A stretch of 57,704 bases of DNA from Candidatus Iainarchaeum sp. (GTDB lineage: Archaea; Nanobdellota; Nanobdellia; Pacearchaeales; GW2011-AR1), in the NCBI GenBank assembly GCA_043815085.1, contig JBDRJG010000022.1, forward strand, positions 1-57,704. Reading direction: 5' to 3'. The position numbers and the translations under genes are program-made. This document shows, one piece after another, positions 51,879 through 57,704 of this stretch (position 1 is the stretch's first letter; each line of letters begins with the position of its first letter). The notes under the pieces are model-generated. The model was given only the letters and a program-made list of their open reading frames with translations, was not told where the DNA came from and did no database searches.

Positions 51879-53123
51879 ATGAAAGGAGTGTTTGTAATAC
51901 TTGACGGCTTGGGAGATTTGCCCAATAAACGTTTGAATGAGCAAACTCCGTTAGAAGCAGCACAGACTCCGAATATGGATTTTCTGGCTGCCCGAGGAGA
52001 GTTTGGATATATGTATCCTGTAAAACCAGGTTTTATACCTGAATCTGATGAAGCAATAGTATCGGTATTTGGAAATGATTTAATTTCAAGCACGAGAGGA
52101 CAACTCGAGGCAAGAGGCACAGATTTAAAGATGACTCGGGGGGATTTGGCATTAAGAGCCAACTTTGCAACAATAGATTCGTTAGAATGGGGGAATATCT
52201 TAGATAGAAGGGTGGGAAGAACTCTGACAACTGCAGAAGCTGTTCTTTTGGCAAAAGCATTGAATAAAATAAAAATGCCGTGTGAATTTGTATTTAAACC
52301 AACTATTCAGCATAGAGGAGTTTTAGTGTTTAGGGGAGGATTTTCAGACAATGTCCTTGGAAATGATTATACTTACATTCAGGGGAAGAATGCTGCAATT
52401 GATAAGGTTGTGAAATGCAAGGCTTTAGACGATGATGAAAATTCACTATATACTGTTAATTTAGTAAACGAATTCTTAGAAAGAGCATATGAGGTATTAA
52501 ATAACCATCCTGTTAATTTAGAGAGAGTTAAAAGAGGATTTATGCCTGCAAATTATCTGATGGTTAGAGGAGCAGGGATAGAGGTGCCAAAACTAAAACA
52601 ATACAAGAAATGGGTTTCTGCAAGCTATATGCCTCTTGAGATAGGAATTTCAAATGTCTCTGGAATGAAAAATTTTTCCTTCGAATATCCTTCTTTAGAA
52701 AACATAGATTCATATGAGAATTTATGGAAAGGGTTGAGGAGAGCATGTAAGCATTCTATAAATGTTATTAAAAAAAATATAAAGAAAGCAGATTATGTTT
52801 ATGTTCATTTGAAGGAAGTTGATGCAGCAGGACATGATAACAAACCCATTGAAAAAAAGTTAATGCTGGAATATATTGATATAACTCTGTTTAAATATAT
52901 AAGAAAAATTGCCCCCCCAAATAAAATAAAAGTTGTTGTTACAGGAGACCATTCAACTCCGTGTAAATTAAAGGCACATTCAGCAGACCCTGTTCCTGTT
53001 TTGTTTTATAATTGCGGGCAGATTCCTTCTGCAAAAAAGTTCTGTGAAAAAGAGTGCAGGAAAGGAGAATTAGGAAGCATGAATGGAAATGAACTTCTTC
53101 AGAAAGTTGGGTTTGTGAAATAG
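51879..53123 (+). CDS. apgM: Archaeal-type cofactor-independent phosphoglycerate mutase
   Basis: N-terminus MKGVFVILDGLGD, later VDAAGHD and TGDHSTP, which are typical of aPGM. Confidence 0.85.
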   Translation: MKGVFVILDGLGDLPNKRLNEQTPLEAAQTPNMDFLAARGEFGYMYPVKPGFIPESDEAIVSVFGNDLISSTRGQLEARGTDLKMTRGDLALRANFATIDSLEWGNILDRRVGRTLTTAEAVLLAKALNKIKMPCEFVFKPTIQHRGVLVFRGGFSDNVLGNDYTYIQGKNAAIDKVVKCKALDDDENSLYTVNLVNEFLERAYEVLNNHPVNLERVKRGFMPANYLMVRGAGIEVPKLKQYKKWVSASYMPLEIGISNVSGMKNFSFEYPSLENIDSYENLWKGLRRACKHSINVIKKNIKKADYVYVHLKEVDAAGHDNKPIEKKLMLEYIDITLFKYIRKIAPPNKIKVVVTGDHSTPCKLKAHSADPVPVLFYNCGQIPSAKKFCEKECRKGELGSMNGNELLQKVGFVK

Positions 53124-53174
53124 TGTGTTTTCTATTATAGTAATTATTAAAAGTCATAATGTATTTCCCCGGTT

Positions 53175-53816
53175 ATGATAGTGTTAGATATTGAAACAAG
53201 TGGGGAAAATCCCCTTGAACATGGAATTTGGCAAATTGGGGCAGTTGACTTAAACACAATGGAAGAATTTTTAGAAGAAGGGAGAATAGATGATGAGGAT
53301 AAAGTAGCAGGTGAGGCACTAATGATTATAGATAAAACAGAAGAGGAACTAAGAGAGAAAGACAAGCATCCACAGAAACAATTGCTTGAAAAATTTTTCA
53401 AATGGCTTGAGACAAGAAAAACGAAAACTCTTTTGTGTCATCTTCCTGGATTTGACCAGGGTTTTTTAAGATGCAAGGCAAGAAAGTATTTTGACACAGA
53501 TCCTTTTTGGCCAGATAATCACAGACCATTTGATTTGCACACAATTGCCCAAGTTAAATTTTTTGAAATGAATGGAAAGTTCTTAACTAAAGAAGACAAT
53601 AATAGTGATATGGGATTGAGGAATATATTAAAATTATGCGGGATAGGAGATGAAAGAAGATCAGTAAGAGAAGGTAAAATATCGAGAGAAGGAAAACCGC
53701 ACAATGCCCTCGAGGACGCCAAACTAACCGTAGAATGTTTTTCAAGATTAATTCATGGAATAAACCTCTTTCCTGAATATAATAAATTTCCTATTCCGAG
53801 TTATTTAAGGAAGTAG
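53175..53816 (+). CDS. DEDDh 3'-5' exonuclease (DnaQ-like fold)
   Basis: ExoI VLDIETSG, ExoII PGFDQGFL, ExoIII HNALEDA. Confidence 0.7.
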   Translation: MIVLDIETSGENPLEHGIWQIGAVDLNTMEEFLEEGRIDDEDKVAGEALMIIDKTEEELREKDKHPQKQLLEKFFKWLETRKTKTLLCHLPGFDQGFLRCKARKYFDTDPFWPDNHRPFDLHTIAQVKFFEMNGKFLTKEDNNSDMGLRNILKLCGIGDERRSVREGKISREGKPHNALEDAKLTVECFSRLIHGINLFPEYNKFPIPSYLRK

Positions 53817-53895
53817 GTTTCTAGAATACATTTATGTTTATGCTTGTCTAACTAAAGAAGTGTTAGGACTTAGGTTCTTTTAAAAAAATTTAAAA

Positions 53896-54180
53896 TTAAC
53901 CAAAGAGCGCACTAAGTCCTTCTGCTGCAGCTTCGTGTTTTTCTTCCTTAGGTGCTTCTTCTTGCTTTGCTTCAGCAGGAGAGCCACTAACAGGAGCAGC
54001 AACTAAACTAGCATTAGCCAATTCATTTGCTATATCAACACCCTTAAGGCTAGCGACAAGCGATTTGATTTTTGAATCATCCGCTTCAGAGCCAGCAGCT
54101 ACAACAACACCTTTTATGTTCTTTTCATTAACTTCTTTTCCAAGTTTGTGCAACAAAAGTGCCGCATATATGTATTCCAT
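53896..54180 (-). CDS. rpl12: 50S ribosomal stalk protein P1 (aL12)
   Basis: [11 protein letters not shown]... with an Ala/Glu-rich hinge and a terminal GLSALFG. Confidence 0.85.
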   Translation of the reverse strand: MEYIYAALLLHKLGKEVNEKNIKGVVVAAGSEADDSKIKSLVASLKGVDIANELANASLVAAPVSGSPAEAKQEEAPKEEKHEAAAEGLSALFG

Positions 54181-54181
54181 T

Positions 54182-55072
54182 TTATTTGTTTTCCTCTGAA
54201 TTTAGTTCAGGAGTGTTATCAGAAGTATTCTCTTCTGTTTTTTCCTCTTCTTTTTTTTCAATTTCTGGTTCTTTGTTTTCCGATTTTTGAGATTGTAAAT
54301 CTTCAATAACTTTTTCATGTCTTCCCGCTTTTCCAATTAAGAAAGTAATTGTTTCAGGAGTAGTATATCCAATTTGGACAGAGAAAGGCAAGGCTTTTCC
54401 ATATGCTTCTTTTAAGTCTTCGAGAGTTTTATCTGGATCTAAGTTCATTTCAGGATAAAATATCTTCAGTTCGTTATTAAATGCTGTGAGTGGTATAAAT
54501 CCTATTGAAAATGGTTTTATGCCTAATTTATTCATCATATCTGCTGCGCTTCTTGTTATTTTTGTTCCTTCTTTTGAAACTATTTTTGGTGCTTTTATTG
54601 TAATTTTTCCATTTTCTATTCGTATTTGTATTCCCAATGTCCCTAATTCGCTAATTGCAGGTCCAGGAATCAAATCAGTCGGTCCTGCTGGGATTTCTAT
54701 ATCATATGGAGCAATTTGCCCTGCTTTTGCTTTTGATGGACTTTTATTTTTTATTAAGTCCATTGCTAATTCAAAGCAATCAATATCAGAAAATAGAAGA
54801 GCAAAATTTTCTCCTATTTTCTCCTTAATTTTTTTTACTTCCTCATCTTTTGAAGAATCAATTGCCTTGAAAATTAAGTTCTTTTTTGGAACTTTCACTA
54901 TTGCTTTTTGTCTTAATTTTTTAACTATTTCTTGAAATTGCGAACCCGGGATGTTTTTTATAGATGCTATTAAAATTGTCTTTTTACTTTGAATTAATTT
55001 TGATAATTCACTAACTATTTCTTTCTTTTCTTCTGAAACATGTGTAGCTTTGGTTGTTTTTTTGATTTTCAT
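54182..55072 (-). CDS. rpl10: 50S ribosomal protein L10 (uL10/P0)
   Basis: Sits between L1 and L12 and has an acidic C-terminal tail. The ATG at 55072 overlaps the L1 stop (ATGA); the track start is 55090. Confidence 0.85.
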   Translation of the reverse strand: MKIKKTTKATHVSEEKKEIVSELSKLIQSKKTILIASIKNIPGSQFQEIVKKLRQKAIVKVPKKNLIFKAIDSSKDEEVKKIKEKIGENFALLFSDIDCFELAMDLIKNKSPSKAKAGQIAPYDIEIPAGPTDLIPGPAISELGTLGIQIRIENGKITIKAPKIVSKEGTKITRSAADMMNKLGIKPFSIGFIPLTAFNNELKIFYPEMNLDPDKTLEDLKEAYGKALPFSVQIGYTTPETITFLIGKAGRHEKVIEDLQSQKSENKEPEIEKKEEEKTEENTSDNTPELNSEENK

Positions 55073-55701
55073 TTTACAGATATTTTGCATGGTTTACTCA
55101 TTGTGAATTTTATTTCTATGTTCTTGATATTTTCCTTGTCCCTTGGCATATTTTTAAGAATTGCATTATAAACTGTTACAATGTTTTCTATTATCTCTTC
55201 ATCTTTCATATTTTGTTTTCCAATTGGGATTTTAATGCTAGATTCTTTAACTTTTATTTTTATGCTATTATCAATTCTAGTTTTTAGTTCTTTGATTGTC
55301 TTTTCATCAGCATTCATTATGATTCCAAGCTGTGGAGAAGGCATCTTTCCACTAGGACCAAGAACCCTGCCAAAAGTTGTGGCAACACTGGGCATGAGGC
55401 TTGCTTGTGCAATAAAGAAGTCATATTTTTTTATCATGCCTTTAAGCATAGATTTATCACTATATTTTTTAAATTCTTCAGGAGTTATTGCATCTACATA
55501 AGAATTTTTTATTTCTAAAAATCCTGCTATTCTTTTTTCTTTTATTCTATGGGGAACACTCGCAAAAATATTAAGATTACTTTTTTTAACATCAAATTTT
55601 TGAAGATTTACAATTAAATCTACTGTTTGATTAAACTTTCTTTCTTTATCTTTTCTTAATTCAATTAGAGCTTTTTTTAATTGTTCTTCTAGTTCTGCCA
55701 T
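55069..55701 (-). CDS. rpl1: 50S ribosomal protein L1 (uL1)
   Basis: DLIVNLQKFDVKK..., FFIAQASLMPSVATTFGRVLGPSGKMP. Start set to the ATG at 55701; the track start at 55728 is a GTG. Confidence 0.85.
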   Translation of the reverse strand: MAELEEQLKKALIELRKDKERKFNQTVDLIVNLQKFDVKKSNLNIFASVPHRIKEKRIAGFLEIKNSYVDAITPEEFKKYSDKSMLKGMIKKYDFFIAQASLMPSVATTFGRVLGPSGKMPSPQLGIIMNADEKTIKELKTRIDNSIKIKVKESSIKIPIGKQNMKDEEIIENIVTVYNAILKNMPRDKENIKNIEIKFTMSKPCKISVK

Positions 55702-55851
55702 TTTGATATTTAACTCCCGACTTCGCACGAAGTTGTTTATGAATTATACTTCTACCACGAAATCACTCGCCTCCCAAATTATGCGCTACAAACATAGAAG
55801 TTATTTTGTAACGATATGGTTCAAACGGTTAAATTCGTGAGATAATTGAGC
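55702..55851 (-). promoter_or_regulatory. Candidate structured 5' leader of the L1-L10-L12 operon (possible L1 autoregulatory site)
   Basis: Relatively GC-rich 150-nt spacer. A TTTATAAA box at 55852-55859 overlaps the purB stop. There is a 7-bp inverted repeat (55748-55754 / 55795-55801) enclosing GGGAGGC (complement of 55769-55775), and a hairpin ACTTC-GTGC-GAAGT followed by CGGGAG just upstream of the ATG. Confidence 0.3.
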
Positions 55852-55852
55852 T

Positions 55853-57295
55853 TTATAAAGTTTTAGTTTTATGATATTTTTTTGCGATAATTTTTATTAT
55901 TTTTTTACTTTCTCCAATATATTTTAGAGGATCTGTTATATCTATAATTGTTTTTGTATCCAATCTACTTGTCACTTCTTTATTTTTCAAAACAACTTCA
56001 ACAAAAGGGATTTTCTTGTTCCAAGCCTCTGTTGCTAATTGTGCGGTTAAATTGTGAGCCTCGCTCCGAATCATTGGATTTTTTGTTCTTCTTTGATCTG
56101 TCAAATAAGTCATTACTTGTTGGGCTGTGGGACATCCAAAACTTCTTAAGACTCTTTCTTTGCTTATTTCTTCATTTAATGCAATCCAATAAGTTATGTT
56201 TGCAAGTCTTCTTATCCCGTGATCTAAAAATTTAAATCCATCTTCAAAATTAATTCTCATATTTGCAGAAGCAGATAAATCCCGGCCATAATACATTTGA
56301 CAATTAGATAATCCTGTAACACTAAGTCCCATAAGATAATTTCTTACAGACATTGTTTGTTCTTCTGCTGTCGGATTTCCATTCTTTGAATCTTTGTGAG
56401 GCATTGCAGATGAACCTTTTTTTCTTTTTGGATTTGAATTTACAAAAATATTTCTGTCATCGCCTCTTCCTTGTTCAAAATATCTCGCTATATTATTTAA
56501 TGTTTCTCCTGTTCTCGCCATTGCATATGTAATATCTGCTTCAAATTCTAAACCTGGAACTTGGGCAGGAGCATCCATAAAATTAATTCCCAGAGTTTTA
56601 CAATATTCTTCTTGTAATTTCATTCCATCTATTTTTAAAGCTGTTGCGGAATGGTGATTTCCTGTTGCATCAGCCCATTTGCCAAATATTGAATTTTTAT
56701 ATACAAACTTCATAAATTTTAAATTTGATTGAAGCATTTCCGCATAATGACTTAAAGGTCTTCCTGCAACGGTGGGTAAAGCGTCATACAAATGAGTTTG
56801 GTCCATATGGGGGATATTAATCCATTCTAAAGACTTTTCTATTAAAATATCCCTTAAGTTTTCTATAGAATCTACAATTACTTCAAGAGATTCTTTTAAT
56901 TGAATTGCTTTTGTTGGTTGAGTTGTGTCTGCACTTGTTTTCCCTTTATTTATATGTGTTCCAGCATCTTTGCTTACTTTTTCTTCTAAAGATTTATTTA
57001 ATGCAATTATATCATGTCCTGTTTCTTCTTCTATCTCTCTTATTCTATTTGGATTTATATATTTAAGAGAAGCTTTTTCATATATTTCATTAGCACATTC
57101 TGGAGGGATTATATCTGGATATAAAGAAGAAAGAGTTAAAGCTGCTTGACCTTGCACTTTTAAACCATATTCAAAGGTTTTTTCATCCCCCCAAATATCT
57201 ACCATCTCTTTTGTACCATACCTTCCTGCAGCTAAATTAGAAGGTTTTGGTTTGTAATCTTCTGTGAATCTGGGTCTTGGAAGTGTCTTTTCCAT
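55853..57295 (-). CDS. purB: Adenylosuccinate lyase (fumarate-lyase superfamily)
   Basis: Signature loop GSSAMPHKDSKNGNP (SSxMPxKxNP) in a 480-aa ORF. Confidence 0.85.
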   Translation of the reverse strand: MEKTLPRPRFTEDYKPKPSNLAAGRYGTKEMVDIWGDEKTFEYGLKVQGQAALTLSSLYPDIIPPECANEIYEKASLKYINPNRIREIEEETGHDIIALNKSLEEKVSKDAGTHINKGKTSADTTQPTKAIQLKESLEVIVDSIENLRDILIEKSLEWINIPHMDQTHLYDALPTVAGRPLSHYAEMLQSNLKFMKFVYKNSIFGKWADATGNHHSATALKIDGMKLQEEYCKTLGINFMDAPAQVPGLEFEADITYAMARTGETLNNIARYFEQGRGDDRNIFVNSNPKRKKGSSAMPHKDSKNGNPTAEEQTMSVRNYLMGLSVTGLSNCQMYYGRDLSASANMRINFEDGFKFLDHGIRRLANITYWIALNEEISKERVLRSFGCPTAQQVMTYLTDQRRTKNPMIRSEAHNLTAQLATEAWNKKIPFVEVVLKNKEVTSRLDTKTIIDITDPLKYIGESKKIIKIIAKKYHKTKTL

Positions 57296-57354
57296 AATTT
57301 TTTATTATTTTTTAGTTTTTATTTATTTGTATGTTGTCTTGAAATGCAATAATC

Positions 57355-57362
57355 CTTATAAA
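57355..57362 (+). promoter_or_regulatory. TATA box CTTATAAA
   Basis: Ends 20 nt upstream of ATG 57383. Confidence 0.4.
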
Positions 57363-57382
57363 TTACTCTTAGGTTTTTGGAA

Positions 57383-57704
57383 TATGGAACTCGTAGCATT
57401 ACTTTCAACCGGAAAAGGAACATGGGGGCAGGTTTCTGGATTAATGAAATATGGAGAGTGGGATAATATAACAATTCTTGGAGATGAATTTGGGACAGGA
57501 TTTACTCATGAAAAGAAATTTGAATTTATTAAGATTGACTTAAAGAATAAAATAAAAGAATTGAGGGAGGAATTCTCTAAAAAACTAAAGGGAAAGATAA
57601 ACGGTACAGAAGTTGCGCTTTCTATTGCAAGCGGAGAAGGCAAGGAACACATGGCTTTAATTTCTGCCTTGCTTAATCTGCCTGTTGGAATAAGATTTGC
57701 TGCA
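57383..57704 (+). CDS. 5' part of an ORF running off the window (MELVALLSTGKGTWGQVSGLMKYGEW...), unknown function
   Basis: The frame is open from ATG 57383 to the window end (107 codons). It is not in the ORF track because it has no stop. Confidence 0.35.

Noticed and set aside
51872-52162. A 96-aa minus-strand ORF overlapping the start of apgM, together with similar antisense ORFs at 52033-52260, 52564-52746 and 52939-53157.
   Set aside because: The plus-strand frame encodes a full-length, motif-bearing aPGM. The antisense products have no features and no promoter spacing.
1-57704. A diversity-generating retroelement, mobile element, defence island or alternative genetic code, any of which might be expected in DPANN-like genomes.
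   Set aside because: No reverse transcriptase, template/variable repeat pair, integrase/transposase, restriction/Cas/toxin-like gene or terminal inverted repeats were seen. All conserved genes read through with the standard code, and TGA, TAA and TAG are all used as stops.

Overview
This is a strongly AT-rich, very gene-dense 57.7 kb archaeal chromosomal segment. Archaeal identity rests on RadA, aIF2-alpha, aEF-1beta, the L1-L10(P0)-L12(P1) operon, S15, SRP54 plus FtsY, Bud32, a split Hef helicase / XPF nuclease, EndoQ and a RecJ/GAN-like DHH nuclease. It is also supported by a Cys-less Nop10 that the ORF track missed, an intron-containing tRNA-Gln(UUG) with A1-U72, and palindromic TTTATAAA TATA boxes 20-23 nt upstream of many ATGs, which imply mostly leaderless mRNAs. 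Metabolism is sparse (agmatinase-like, NDK, PurB, aPGM, glycogen synthase). Several enzyme homologues look catalytically degenerate (S2P-like, HIT-like, Nudix-like), and there are huge Cys-rich exoproteins. By inference this suggests a small-genome, DPANN-like episymbiotic archaeon. Three accessory regions stand out. (1) An ~11 kb type IV pilus-like cluster (14189-25053) runs from a secretion ATPase and a FlaJ/TadC-like platform, through 14 tightly packed small genes, to an A24 prepilin peptidase. Eight of the small genes carry K-K-G/A class III signal peptides, and three are microproteins absent from the ORF track. (2) Three large exoproteins: a 1445-aa chimera with a C25-like peptidase domain, a sequon-dense 476-aa protein, and a 2086-aa Cys/Trp-repeat giant. 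The last two share a duplicated promoter/5' cassette and a 95-nt perfectly identical 3' anchor cassette. (3) A VKOR-family disulfide-generating membrane protein translationally coupled to Bud32. I saw no rRNA, CRISPR array, transposase/integrase or reverse transcriptase. All domain calls come from motif recognition by eye and need HMM or structure confirmation.
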